Positions 1 through 14,749 of a DNA stretch of 64,000 nucleotides are shown one piece after another (position 1 is the first letter of the stretch; every line of letters starts with the position of its first letter). The stretch lies in contig OX597839.1 in NCBI GenBank assembly GCA_951406725.2, positions 3,038,001 through 3,102,000 on the forward strand, written 5' to 3'. The DNA is from Octopus vulgaris. Lineage: Eukaryota. The notes under the pieces are model-generated. The model worked only from the letters and a program-made list of their open reading frames with translations. It did not search any database and had not been told where the DNA came from. A program made the position numbers and the translations under genes.

Positions 1-28
1 ATTTTTATGTGCGGGTTTAAATATGTTT

Positions 29-66
<38 letters not shown>

Positions 67-234
67 GTATATATATATATATATGAGCTTAAATTCTTAT
101 ATTTTCTATTTATATCTCCATATAATATGTATATGTGTGACACATGCAAACACACGCATACATACATTTATTTATTCATACATACATACATGCATACATA
201 CATACATACATACATACATACATACATACATACA

Positions 235-266
<32 letters not shown>

Positions 267-369
267 CGTATGCACACAAATATATATATCTTGAAAATAT
301 CCTGTGTTTGAGTATATGTTATTTATGCAACACCATCTATATATATATGTATATATATATATGTATATA

Positions 370-477
<108 letters not shown>

Positions 478-1044
478 TGTATGTATGTGTATGTATATAT
501 ACAGGCACATATGAATGTTGCGGGTTCATATCCCTACGCGGGAGCAACTTACACAGGTGCAACCGCATGTTTGAAGCACATAAAGGATATATATATATAT
601 ATATATATATACCGCTAAGTTATGGGGACGTAAACACAGCAGCATCGGTTGTCAAGCGATGTTGGGAGGACAAACAGACACACATACATATACATGTATA
701 TACATATAAGATGTGCTTCTTCCAGTTTCCGTCTACCAAATTCACTCAAAATGTCGCCCCGGTGCTATAGTAGAAGACACCTGCCCAAGGTGCCACGCAG
801 TGGGACTGAAACCGGGACTATGTGTTTGATAAGCAAGCTTACCACACAGCCACTCCTGCGGCTATATATACATATATCTAAGGTCGATTTTGCCTTTCAT
901 CCTTTCGGGGTCGATAAATTAAGTACCAGTTGCGCACTGGGGTCGATGTAATCGACTTAATCCGTTTGTCTGTCCTTGTTTGTCCACTCTGTGTGTAGCC
1001 CCTTGTGGGTAGTAAAGAAATATATATATATACATATATATAAA

Positions 1045-1113
<69 letters not shown>

Positions 1114-1191
1114 GATATATAAATATAAATATATATATATATACACATATAAATATATATATATACATATATACATACATATATATAAAGG

Positions 1192-1222
<31 letters not shown>

Positions 1223-1293
1223 TATATATATATATAAATATATATATATATGTATATATACATATATAAATATATATATATATATACATATAA

Positions 1294-1326
<33 letters not shown>

Positions 1327-1388
1327 AATATATATATATATATATATACATATATAAATATACATATATACATATATAAATATACATA

Positions 1389-1439
<51 letters not shown>

Positions 1440-1730
1440 TACAACCTCGTTTAGGCTTATCAGCCTGTTTTCACTGTACTGTTTGTTTTACCTATTTTGA
1501 CCCTCCTCAAAACCCTAACTTTTATTTTATTTGATAGTGTATATTGTTGTTAAATGCTCGAAATACGAGACTAGAAAATCAGCCGACGACTGATGAAGGG
1601 TAGTTCTTTATGTTGCTTGTTTTGTTTTCCATTTGTGTCTTTCGTTGTTCGAAAGAATAGTTTATGCTCCATGTACCTGTGTTTCGTGTTCTTTTGTTGT
1701 ACACGTTTCGTGACGTCCTGTGGCCACATA

Positions 1731-1807
<77 letters not shown>

Positions 1808-1953
1808 ATATATATATATATATATATACACGCATAGATGTAAGCATGTACATATATATATATATAAATCCTTAAAATCCTTAAAAATGCTTTTCAGTCA
1901 TTTGTCTGCGGCATGCTGGAGCACCTTCTAATTTATATTTATATGTGTATATA

Positions 1954-1994
<41 letters not shown>

Positions 1995-2478
1995 TTGTGT
2001 TGACATGTACACACGCTCATTCACATTTACTCACACACACACTCAAACACGCATACACACGTCTATAATGTGGCTTACAATGCCTGTCGACGTTTGCTAA
2101 CTAACGAAATTTATTCACGAAAAATAATGAACAAAAAAAAAACAAAAAACAAAGAAAGAATACCAACAAAACGACACAAAAAAAATTAACAGAAAACAAA
2201 GACAGAATTTAATGAAATAACTTCCCACTATTTCTTTCCATAATACGACATCAAATCGACTTAATGCAGGTTTGCCAGTGTGTCAGTGTGTTGGATTAGA
2301 TTTGTAAACAAATTATAACCGCATTCTATTAGATCATGACGAGACTGCAAACGGATTTCGTTGAAAGTTATCATGCCGTCTTCAGTCGGTGTGCCGTGCT
2401 CATCTTCTTGGCTCACAGGGAACAATATACGTTATACATACACATATATACAAACTCAGAAGTGTGTATGTACGTGTG

Positions 2479-2554
<76 letters not shown>

Positions 2555-2596
2555 GAAAGAATGGAGCTGAACGACGATTTAACAAAATTCCTTTAT

Positions 2597-2676
2597 TCTC
2601 GACATATGTTTCGAAGGCTCATATTCCTAATTTCGAAGGAATAAGGGGTGCATTATGCTGCCTTCTCATCAGGAGA
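2597..2676 (-). ncRNA. Type I hammerhead ribozyme, minimal palindromic stem III
   Basis: UCUC-CUGAUGA-GAAGGC..GCCUUC-GAAAC-AUAU-GUC^GAGA, followed by AAUAAA. Confidence 0.85.
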
Positions 2677-2795
2677 GACAAGGAACTTATGTCTACCCTT
2701 GGCATGTAGCTTCAACCGTGTTTTTCTGACGTGAATTTGCTACCCAGGTATCGGTTAACCGAATTATCCATACTAGGATAATTCATTTAACTACT

Positions 2796-2825
<30 letters not shown>

Positions 2826-2833
<8 letters not shown>

Positions 2834-2996
2834 TTATAACTTTGGGTATCTACGAGATACCGCCATGCTGAAAATAGCAGTGAGGATCTGACTCTAAAAC
2901 CACATTAAGTGTTCATATGTGGTTTTAGAGTCAGATTCTGACTGCTATTTTCAGCATGGTGGTATCTCGTAGATACCCTAAGTTATAATTTTAATA
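2826..2996. repeat. Fold-back with ~80-bp arms and 11-nt loop
   Basis: Arms 2826-2905 and 2917-2996 are reverse complements with few mismatches. The right arm family recurs at 62795-62932. Confidence 0.9.
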
Positions 2997-3082
2997 ATAA
3001 TTATTACATTTGAAGGTTTTTATTTTCATGCTGACCACTATTTAAGATCGTTATTTAATTAAAATTAACGATCTTATCCTTA

Positions 3083-3264
<182 letters not shown>

Positions 3265-3358
3265 CTACTGTCACGTTCGTGTTAGATTGACAGTATACAA
3301 CCATTCTATCGCCCCACCACCGTACATGTCTCTACGAGAGATTTAGAAATTTAGTATT

Positions 3359-3474
<116 letters not shown>

Positions 3475-4617
3475 AGGGAGAGATAGAGAGAGAGGGAGAG
3501 AAACAGAGAGAGACTGTGTGTTAGGTGTGATGTACAGAAATTGTATATTGAAAAAAAAAAGTCGTTACAATGTTTTTTAAAAGATTCTTTTTTATTCCTT
3601 CATTATTATTAATGGCGATTTCGTTCCTTTCTCGAACTTGTCAAATGAAAGTTTGTGAATATACAAACATTTTGTTGATTTATATAAAGCAGATGTTTTT
3701 TGGAAGGTTTTGTTTAGATGAGAACATTGTTTTTGTTTATATATGTGTAGCATTAGGATGTTCATTTATTTATTTATAAATAAATAAATACATAGGAAGG
3801 GGGGCTGCCCTTCTCTCTCTCTCTCTCTCTCTCTCCTCTACCTATCTGTCTAACTACCTACCTATCTGTCTATCTATCTATCAGCCTATCTACCTACATA
3901 TATTTCTATCTATCCATGTCCATTGTCATCCAACCTCACCCAAAAACAAAAACAATGTTCTCTTCTACCCCCCCCCCAAAAAAAAACCCCCATCTGTTTT
4001 ATATAAATGAGCAAGCTGTTTGTACATTCACAAAATTTGAAGTTCGAGAAAGGAACGAAAGCGCTAATAATAAAGAACAACTTCAGTACTGATATCAATG
4101 TTATCGACTCTCTTCATCAAAACTGCTCGTCTTATTATTAAATTAGAAACAATTATTATTATTATACTGTATTATTAACATGGTGAGCTGGCAGAATCGT
4201 TAGCACGACGGACAATAAATGCTTAGCGGCATTTCGTCCATTCTGAGTTCAATTCCGTCGACTTTGCCTTTCTTCCTTTCGGGGTCGATGAATTAAGTAC
4301 TAGTGAAACACTGGAGTCGATGTAAGCGACTAGTCCTCTCCCACCAAATTTTCAGGCATTTTGCCTTTAGTTGAAAGGAGTATTTTATGGGCAGGATCGT
4401 TAGTACGACGGAAAAATTGCTTAGCGGCATTTCGTCCGTTCTTACGTTCTCAGTTCAAATTCCGCCGCGGTCGACTTCGGCTTTCATCCTATTGGGGGTC
4501 GACTTCGGTCAATGTAATTGACATACCCCACTCCATCAAACTTACTGACCTTGTGCCAAAATTTGAAATTATTATTATTATTATTATTATTGTTGTTGTT
4601 ATTATTATTATTATTAT

Positions 4618-5172
4618 TGAGTGAGAGAGCAGTGCATGCAATCAAAGTGACACTTGGGTAAAATATACGAAGCCCAGTATACTCATCATGACTACCCGTC
4701 TGATAAGGGTACACCAGGCACATGCATCACAACCATATGTGCGCGACATGGTGATCTCATATCAAGATAAACAGCGCATGACATTACAAGTGGGGCCCAG
4801 TTAGAATTTTGTTCTGGTCGAGTAGCCCATCCCGCTCAAAAGGTCCCTGAATAAGGGTTGTTTAAGGATGTTGAACGAAACACCCCTGTTTCCAAGGGTG
4901 AATTATTCAAACCCAAAAGAATCCCTCTCAACACATGGCTATGATGCTCCCCCACTACTTCTGCTCGTGATCAGAAATGCACATATCGTCAGCCACTAAG
5001 GGACATGCTCAACTGGTTAAGGTCAAACAACTGACAAGCAAATCTGTGGTATTGAGCAGAATATTTGCTGTAGCCTATCTTTTATACCAAGACAAAATAA
5101 TGTACATGATAACACTTGCAATCAGTTAAGATCAGAAGCCATGAGAACCACTGCCTGGTACTGCATCAGGGC

Positions 5173-5177
<5 letters not shown>
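4618..5177. mobile_element. Non-coding interspersed repeat flanked by (ATT)n on both sides
   Basis: Its internal segment recurs at 5848-5985 (inverted) and 8605-8770. Confidence 0.7.
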
Positions 5178-5230
<53 letters not shown>

Positions 5231-6135
5231 GCAGCGGTGAGCTGGCAAAATCGTTAGCGCGCCGGGCAAAATGTTTAGCGGCATTTTGTCCGTCCTTACG
5301 TTCTGAGTTCAAATTCCACCGAGGTTGACTTTTGCTTTTCATTCTCTCGTGGTCGATAAAGTAAGTACCAGTGAAACAATAGGGTCGATCAAATCGACTA
5401 GTCTCCTTCTTGCTATGAAGAAGTTACAAGACGTATGTGTGTGTGTGTACGTGTGCGTGTGTGCGTGTTTGTGTGTGACTATGTGTTGTCTTATTAATCA
5501 GGTGATGCCTTACAACTATTTCAAGACATCTTTGCATTTCTTCAAAGACTAAAGTCTAGACAAAAATCTAGCTTTTGTAAGGCTTGAGCTAATTAATAAA
5601 AGAAATATCGACTCTGTATTTATAAGTTATTGAGTACTTCCATTGATTTATGACTTACACTTTCGATGTTCGAGATTTGTAACAGCGGTGGCGAGCTGAG
5701 ATGATCATTAGAGCATCAGAGAAAAAAAAGGAAGAAAAAAAAAACGTTTTGTGGTATTTATTTTGTTTTCTTACATTTTCGAGTTCGATTCCCATCAAAG
5801 CCAAATTTGCCTTTCATCTTTTTGGTATTGATAAAATAAAGCACAAGTTTGCTTGTCATTTGCTTGATCTTAACCCCTTGAGCATGTCCCTTGGTGGCTG
5901 ACAACATGTACATCTCTGGTCATGAGCAGGAGTAGTGGGAAGCATCATATTCATGTGTTGAGAGGGATTCTTTGGGGTTTGAATAAATGTAACAAAAGCA
6001 AAGTTTGAAAGAAATATCAGCCATTTGTCATACTTTCTAGGGACAAGAAAATACAGACTAGTTGCCTACTCTGAAAATTGATGATTTTGTGTCTAAATAA
6101 GAAACAAACAATTACACACACATACTCACACACAG

Positions 6136-6241
<106 letters not shown>

Positions 6242-6459
6242 TTCTCTTAGGCGGTGCAAGACTAATAGCCTGGTGTGGAATTCAATATACGTTTGCTTCA
6301 GAACGAAGTATTAGACGAGTAAGAAAAAAAAAGCGATGACAAAAGAAAAAGAGAAGCTTTCAACTTCATTAACTGACAGCTGTTTCTGCTTGGAGATGCA
6401 GTGGACTTACTATTCATATACAGGAATGCTGTTGACAGTGACTCTGAAGTTTCAGCCAG

Positions 6460-6530
<71 letters not shown>

Positions 6531-6547
6531 AGCCCGACGTATATATG

Positions 6548-6625
<78 letters not shown>

Positions 6626-6825
6626 TGATTGTCTCTGTTTGTCCCCTCAACATCATCTGGCAACCCGATAGAATAAGTACTAGGCGCTTACAAAGAATAA
6701 GTCCTGGAGTCGATTCGCTCGACTAAAGGCGGTGCTCCAGCAAGGCCACAGTCACATGACTGAAACAAGTAAAAGGGTAAAAGAGTATATATATACATAT
6801 ATGCATACATATATTTATATGTATA

Positions 6826-6863
<38 letters not shown>

Positions 6864-6872
6864 TAAATTAGA

Positions 6873-6908
<36 letters not shown>

Positions 6909-7204
6909 TAGAGTACCTTTGAGTACCTTACTTACTGTGGTTAACCCCGAATCAACCCGGGACCTACATATATATATATATATATATATAAAGTTAATCC
7001 AAACAAGAAAGCACAAAAAAACACAACAACGCGAGCACGTGGAACAAATATAGTGTTATTGGACGCTCAGGAAAGAAGGAAAGAAGGAGGGTTTAACGTT
7101 TCGAGCGGAGCTCTTCGTCGGAAACATAAGAGAAGGAAAGATCCAGAGAAGGGAAGACAGAGGAAAAAAATCGCTAACGGTACACATGCATACATATATT
7201 TATA

Positions 7205-7271
<67 letters not shown>

Positions 7272-7330
7272 ATGTGTGTGTGTGTGTGTGTGTATTTATA
7301 TATATATGTATATGTGTATATATATATATA

Positions 7331-7378
<48 letters not shown>

Positions 7379-8083
7379 ATGTGCGTACCATGTGTATGTG
7401 TGCGTATGTGTATACATATATATGTTAGGGAGAAAATATATATCTGAGTAAAAATATCTAGATGCAATGAACTCAACACAATGAAATGGAGTAGTTATAT
7501 ATTTCATTTTAAGCTTAAATTTCATCGATTAGGCTATTAGTTTCCCGCTTTATTGATTTTCAGGAATGAATTTGATAAGCGAGACAATTTTACATTTTAT
7601 ATACGATATATAAAAACTATGTGAAGATCTTCTGAATAAGCGCTCTAACAATACAAAATATTTTGTTGTACGTGCACGTGTGTGTGTGTGATCGTGAGTG
7701 CGTGTGTGCGAGTGTCTGTGGTATGTGCGCGTGTGTTTTTTCGTTGTGAATCGGAAAAAGATATAAGCATTGGTGAAAAATTAAAGATAATTTGATGTGT
7801 CGATCAAAAAGGCAAAAAAAGCTTTTTGCTATCTATTCTGTCTGTTGTTGCGCAGACATATTCTCCCCCCCCCTTGTAAAACCCGCCATCGAAAATGGAA
7901 TGAGCAAGTAATTGACGTCGATGAAAATGTATGCTGTGGTTAGGATTAGGATTAGGATTAGGGTTGCTGTGGTTTACAAAACATGACATAGGCGAAGACA
8001 TGGCCATGTGATTAAGAAGCTAATTTTGTAACCACATGATTTCGGGTTCAGTCCCACTGCACGGCAACCTACGTGAAACCTTG

Positions 8084-8138
<55 letters not shown>

Positions 8139-8364
8139 TCTCTTTCCAAGAAATCTAATGCTTGTGGCTTAGTTTTTCCTTGGGGCTGGCCGGTTCGGAG
8201 CGATATCGAGATTAAACAGCCAAATTGCTAAGATGATTCGGTTCCGACTGAAGATTAGAGGCTTCGAGTGACCCGTCTGTTTTTTTTTGTGTCGTCTCTT
8301 TGTGTGTTTTTGCGTTCTTGTCCTACTTTGTAATTTATATTTTATATTTAATTTCTATACACAC

Positions 8365-8424
<60 letters not shown>

Positions 8425-9215
8425 GTATATTTCAAACCGTCTCACTAGTTAGGTCAGCTTTCACCATAAGAACACATCTGTACATCGTTGAATTACACGT
8501 TTCAACTTTTTTCCTTGGGTAATAACTGTTATTTCCTATTTTCTTGTCCCTAGAAAGTATGACAAATGGCTGATATTTCTTTCAAACTTTGCTTTTGTTA
8601 CATTTATTTAAACCCCAAAGAATCCCTCTCAACACATGGCTATGATGCTCCCCACCTACTCTTGCTCATGATCAGAGATGTGCATGTTGTCAGCCACCAA
8701 GGGACATGCTGAAATGGTTAAGATCAAGCAACCGACAAGCAAATCTGTGGTATTGAGCAGAATATTTGCTATAATGATATTTCTGCTTCAGCAACTGAGC
8801 GCTGAATCTGTCTGAACTATAATAGGCCAATTTCAAAATATTGATGTCCAGGTCACAAAAGCAAAGTTTGAAGGGAACAGTAGTGATTTCATTTGATTTC
8901 TAGATAGAAACAAATAGGAAATAATACTTACTGACCAAAGGCAAAACATTTCTTTTTTAATTTTGTTACGCAGTGTTCTAGTGATAAACGCTTGTACAAC
9001 ACGAGTGTCACTTTCTGAGTCTCTGTGATTAATACCCAGTGACAGGTCGAAGCGTGATCACCAATGATCACGTGGTTCTACATCAGCGTATTCGTCTCCT
9101 AGAAGGATGCTGTAACAACAGCTAGGGTGTCCATAACTCCTAGTGATTTTATAGTTGTTGGATGACCCTTGACTCAACAAGGTTCCTCCGCCCTTTTACT
9201 GGTCTTGTTTTCAAC

Positions 9216-9898
9216 CTGTAGTTCTCAATCGGGCGTCCATATCACCCTTGGACTCATATGGACCCCGCTTAAATTACGTTAAAACGATAGATTTGATTTT
9301 AAATTCGCTCTAGGTGCCAGGTGCTAGCTGGAAAGTGTAAGATTTTACAGGTAAAATTTATCGGCTATAAATTCGTCATATTTCTACAAATTAAAAATGT
9401 TTTAGTATGTTAAAAGCATGGATTCGATTTAAAATTCGCCCCAGGTACTAGTTGGAAGGAAACATCATATAAAATTTTGCTGTTAAAATTATGTGTAATA
9501 AATTTATTAAACTTCTACAACGCACAAACTATTTTAACAATTTTTTATACAATTATTTAAAATATTTACTATTTAGTACTATTCAATTATAAATAAGGCG
9601 GTGATCTAGAAGAACCGTCAGCACGCCGGACAAAATGCTTAGCATCATTTCATCCGTCTTTACGTTCTGAGTTCATCCTTTCGAGGCTAATAAAATAAGC
9701 ACCGGTTGAACACTGGAGTCGATATAATAGACTTATCCCCTACCCCGAAATTGCTGGCCTTGTGCCAAAATTTGAAATCAATATCTAATTATAAAAGTTT
9801 AATAAGGTTATTTGAAACATTGAGTGGCTATGAAGGTCTACCTCAATAAAATAGGAATCATAGGGGTCCATAGGTAAGAAAATGGTTAGGAACCATGG
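9216..9898. mobile_element. Old hAT-like non-autonomous element with a nested SINE (9596-9785)
   Basis: Degenerate CAGTGGTTCTCAAC-type termini (CTGTAGTTCTCAATC ... GGTTAGGAACCATGG). No TSD visible. Confidence 0.45.
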
Positions 9899-10019
9899 TA
9901 GAGTGTCCTTCTACAATCCCGCTCGTTATCAAAGCAGGTTTGGGTAAGTTGCCGGTTTTTGTTTTGCTGGTCGTAGGGCCTTTTTCAAGTTCCATGAACC
10001 AAATCCACTCATAAGGTTT

Positions 10020-10430
10020 TCGAGCAGGCAGAAACGTTAGCACGCCGGGCGAAATGCGTTGCCGTATTTCGTCTGCCGCTACGTTCTGAGTTCAAATTCC
10101 GCCGAGGTCGACTTTGCCTTTCATTCTTTCGGGGTCGACTAAATAAGTACCAGTTACACACTGGGGTCGATACAATCGACTTAATCCGTTAGTCTGTCCT
10201 TGTTTGGCCTCTCTGTGTTTAGCCCCTTGTGGGTAGTAAAGAAATAAGTATTTCGTCTGCTGTTATGTTCTGAGTTCAAATTCCGCCGAGGTCGACTTTA
10301 CCTTTCATCCTTTCGGGGTCGATTAAATAAGTACCAGTTACGCACTGGGGTCGATATAACCGACTTAATCCGTTTGTCTGTCCTTGTTTGTCCCCTCTGT
10401 GTTTAGCCCCTTGTGGGTAGTAAAGAAATA
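10020..10430 (+). mobile_element. SINE family 1, full copy plus tandem 5'-truncated copy
   Basis: The second unit restarts at GTATTTCGTCTGC just after the AAAGAAATA tail. Confidence 0.9.
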
Positions 10431-10864
10431 GGTTAGTCTGGGGATATAGCATAAGACATTCGCCCAGTGTATCATCCATTGCTATTGAACCCAAAGAAAC
10501 TTCACACCCATACGAAGACGCCTGCGTCTATTTAAGTAAATTTGATATTTGCTTGGGAGTTGGTCAAGGTGACAACTTCAGGTTCGGAAGAAAAATATCA
10601 ATAATACGGAGTCTTTGGAAGGAAAAGAAAATCAATATTCTCCCTGTATTTGGATTATTGATGAAATTAGTGTTGACGCGCCGGTGTAACGATTTCAAAT
10701 TGCTCCTGCCTCACCTCAGCTCGCAGTAACTTGAAATTATATTAAAATGATAGATTCGCCCTAGGTGATAGGTGCTAGCTGGGAGGCAACTTAATTTTAC
10801 TTCATACAATTTTAAGATAACTGCCCCAGAGCATTTATTAATTTGTAGATTTCCTTGCCGTATT

Positions 10865-10961
<97 letters not shown>

Positions 10962-10962
<1 letters not shown>

Positions 10963-11340
10963 CGGAGCCATCCACATTAAGAGTGACACCGATAGGCTGT
11001 ACTTGTCCAGAAGAAAGGCTGGGAGGGGTTTGATCAGTTACCAGGACTGTATGGAAGTAGAAGGAAACAGCTTATGTTGTTATATATAATAAAAAAAAAG
11101 ATGCGGAGCCATAGCTGAAAACGTTCGAAGAAGGCCGACGTCATCAAAATTGAAAATTGTGTAATGAGAGAAAAATTTAATCAGGAAATGAACACACACA
11201 CACACACACACACACACAAAGAAAAAAAGTATGGAAAGAACAAAAAAAATGTAAGGTCAGTTTGCAAGAGAAGTGAACGCCAATTCGGATACAGAGTTAC
11301 CGATGGCTATGGATGAGGAAGAGAGACCTGAAGATGGACT
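10962..11340 (+). pseudogene. R4/Dong-type non-LTR retrotransposon fossil (post-RT region)
   Basis: GAIHIKSDTDRLYLSRRKAGRGLI motif, then broken KKM*GQFARE and WLWMRKRDLK. Starts directly after (AAT)n. Confidence 0.8.
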
Positions 11341-11639
11341 GGAGCAACGCGAAATTAAGTGTCTTGATGAAGGGCACAACGTGCCGCCGAGAATCGAATT
11401 CTCGGCCTTGCGACCGTGAGCTGAATACCCTAACCACTAAACCACGTGCTTTCACTTCAGTTGATCAAACCGATGAACACTCATCGTAGAGAGTGACTGA
11501 GATCCATTTACATTTTACGAACGATTATATTAACAGATGTCTCGTTGCTTTTTCTACGACAGTAGGATGTTGTTTGAGTGAGGTTTTGACTGCTGTTACC
11601 AGCAGTTAGAGAGACCATATAGAGGTTTTCTGAGGCTTT

Positions 11640-12185
11640 AGCCAAAGGAAAGAGGGAGAGAGGGAAGAGAGAAAAGTAGGTGATAGCGAGAAGGGGAGAG
11701 AGGAGAGAGAGAGAGAATAAGAAAGAATGGAGAGAGAAAATAGAAGACAGAAATGAGAGAGAAACAAGGGAGGGGGAGAGCGAAGGAGAGAGAGAGTAGG
11801 AGAGAGGTTGATGGAGAGAGAGAAGGAGTGAGATAGTGAGAGAGAGAGGGAAAGAGGGGAAGAGAGGGAGAGGGTGAGAGAGAGAAGACGGAGAGAGGTT
11901 GATGGAGAAAGAGAAGGAGTGAGATAATGAGAGAGAGGGAAAGAGGGGAAGAGAGGGAGAGGGTGAGAAAGAGAAGACAGAGGGAGGTTGATGGAGAAAG
12001 AGAAGGAGTGAGATAATGAGAGAGAAGGGGAGAAGGGAAGAGAGGGAGAGGGTGAGAAAGAGAAGACAGAGGGAGGTTGAAAAAGAGAGAGAGAAGACGG
12101 AGAGACAGATGAACTGAAGGACAGAGAGAGCGGGAGAGAAGGAGCGAGAAGGAGACAGAGACAGAGAGAGGGAGAGAGGGAGTGA
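11640..12185 (+). repeat. Polypurine (GA-rich) minisatellite-like tract
   Basis: Almost pure A/G with recurring GAGGTTGATGGAGA and GAGAAGGAGTGAGATA units. Confidence 0.9.
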
Positions 12186-13131
12186 TCGTCTCTTGATGGA
12201 ATTGACGGGCATCAATCACATTTCTACAAAATAATTAAATATTTGCTAATTGGACGTATTTTCCTAATTAATTGATACGATAGACTAAGATCTATAATTT
12301 GAGAATCGTCTTAGGCATTGAGCAGATTCATACGGCAAAGTGGAATGATAGTAATTTACTAATTCATTCTTAAATACACACACACACACACACACAGACA
12401 CACATACGTATACACACACATACACACACACATACGTATATACACACATACACACAATTATACACGCATACGCATACACAAACACACACATATATTGACA
12501 AATTAGCTTTTATTCGGACTTAAATGCACACTTTCACACAGATATACAAACATATATAACATATATAAACATATATAAGCATATATATAACGTATAACAT
12601 ATATAAACATATATAACACGGGTACACAAAGTCATACACGAACGTACACGGACACATGTACGCACACACACAAACGTACACATCCACAGATACACACATA
12701 TGCACACACGTATATTCATAGATACATACGCAGGTACAAGTGCAAGCACACATATATATACATATATACACGCATACATGTGCACAAACACACGCACACA
12801 CGCGCATACATATACAGTCAAATTTACTCTCATACGAACTTCGATGCACACATACACGTACACATGTACGCATCTACGTATATATGTGCTTGTATAAGCA
12901 CATGCATATACACACGGTTATACATGCACACGCACATACAAATACCCACGCATACATATGTAACACGCGTACACATACACAGACGCGAACATACCCGGAC
13001 GCATACACGCGAACACATATGCACAGAGACAGACTTACGCATCCACGGATACACAAACATATGTCCATTGAAGTACGCGCATACGCCCAAACACACATAC
13101 ACGGTTACACACATATGCACAAACACATATA

Positions 13132-13415
13132 CAGGGTGCAGTGAATAAATTGTCGTCTTAAATTACGCAAAAATAAACTAAAAAACAGACATCTTATTTT
13201 AACAGATATATTTACCGAAATTACATAAAAATATTTTGAAATACTAAAGAGTAAATTTATTCAATAAAATCGCCGTTGGCTTAAACCACGGCCTCCAGAT
13301 GACTTCGGAATCACTTGCAACTCTTCTGGGCGATCTCCTTGTTTAAGTTTTTGTATGCTGACATAATCCTTGACTTCAGTTCATCTTTGGTATTACAAGG
13401 AGTTATGTTGGTTAG
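13132..13415 (-). pseudogene. Tc1/mariner (maT-like) 3' end with terminal repeat
   Basis: TA|CAGGGTG terminus. Minus-strand translation TPCNTKDELKSRIMSAYKNLNKE..SCK*FRSHLEAVV*ANGDFIE*. Confidence 0.8.
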
Positions 13416-14308
13416 GAATTGACAAGTACTACACTTTATCGACCCCGAAAGGATAAATTCCTAACCCTTTCCCTACAAAATATTGCTGGTCTAGTGCCCA
13501 AATTAGAATGTACTACTACGACGACGACCACCAATACCGCCACTAACACTATTAATTACAAGAACCGTGGAAATTCCGCGCTTATTTTGAAAACTAGACG
13601 GTTGTTAAATGTTTGTAGAGAGAACGATATAAGACATTTTTTTCTTTTGAAATTGTAAATATATTCTCTCAATCATTTTAATCTTGAAACGATGTCGAGC
13701 TCCCTTAGGAAGTACAATAGATGCAGTGTTTGGAGAGAACATATATCTTTGTGAGAAACTTGCCACCTCTTCTGCCTTGAGAGTTTTAATAGATATTATC
13801 TTTACAACAAGGTGTAAACCATTTCAACTATGGAACAAAATAACAGACATAATCACTAATATACTGGCTTGAAAATTTGGTACAAGGCCAGCAAGTTTCA
13901 GGGGAGAGGGTAAGTCGATTACATCGACCCCACCGCTCAACTGATACTTATTTTATCGACTCCAAAAGGAGGAAATGCAAAGTTGACCTCAGCAGGAATT
14001 GAACTCAGATCGTAAAGCAGACGAAATGCCGCCAAGTATATTACCTAGCTCACTGACTTATAATCAACTAATTTATTCTGCGACGGAACGACTACAATCG
14101 TAAAGCAAGTTTTAATTTACTGAGCAAATAACGCCGTATTCGGTTTTCTAACAAGGCATCCACGTTAAGTTGGATATAAAGATTACCTTTTAGTATTAAC
14201 ACTATTTCCGTCGCTATTCATTGATTTTTAATAAGCCTGCTGGATATTTGCGGCGTCAGTATCTGAAAAGATACGGATATTCTATATATCATAGCAGCGA
14301 ATTTTGAC

Positions 14309-14392
14309 TGGCATGCGGTGACCGGACGCCTTCCACTGATGATTTCCAGTAGAATGAAATAACGTGATATGGGATTTCCGTTACCCATGACA
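14309..14392 (+). ncRNA. Type I hammerhead ribozyme with extended stem I
   Basis: UUCCA-CUGAUGA-UUUC(CAGUA)GAAU-GAAA-UAACGUG-AUA^UGGGA. Distal stem UGGCAUGCGGUGACCGGA pairs with UCCGUUACCCAUGACA. Confidence 0.75.
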
Positions 14393-14539
14393 AAGGATTC
14401 TCGTCTGTCGTGATCTATGTGTGAGCTTTTATGAGAGGATCGCTCAAGGATAATAACGCAGTATCCGGTGTTCTAACAAGACATCCGTATTAAGTTGAGT
14501 ATAAAAATTGCTTTCTGGTATTTATATTGCTTCCATCAC

Positions 14540-14749
14540 AGGTGAGCTGGCAGAAACGTTAGCACGCTGGGCGAAATGCTTAGCGTCATTTCGTCCGTCA
14601 TTACGTTCTGAGTTCAAATTCCACCGAAGTCGACTTTGCATTTCATCCTTTCGGAGTTGATAAATTAAATACCAGTAGCGTACTGGGTCGATTTAATCGA
14701 CTGGCATCCTCCCCACAAATTTCGGGCCTTGTGCCAAGAGTAGAAAAAA
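14540..14749 (+). mobile_element. SINE family 1 (alternative tail) with 16-bp TSD
   Basis: TSD ATATTGCTTCCATCAC at 14524-14539 and 14750-14765. Confidence 0.9.

Noticed and set aside
2338-2390. Minus-strand CUGAAGA...GAAA...GUC
   Set aside because: Stems II and III do not pair.
11508-12219. 235-aa and 193-aa Ser/Leu/Pro ORFs
   Set aside because: They are the complement of the GA-rich tract.
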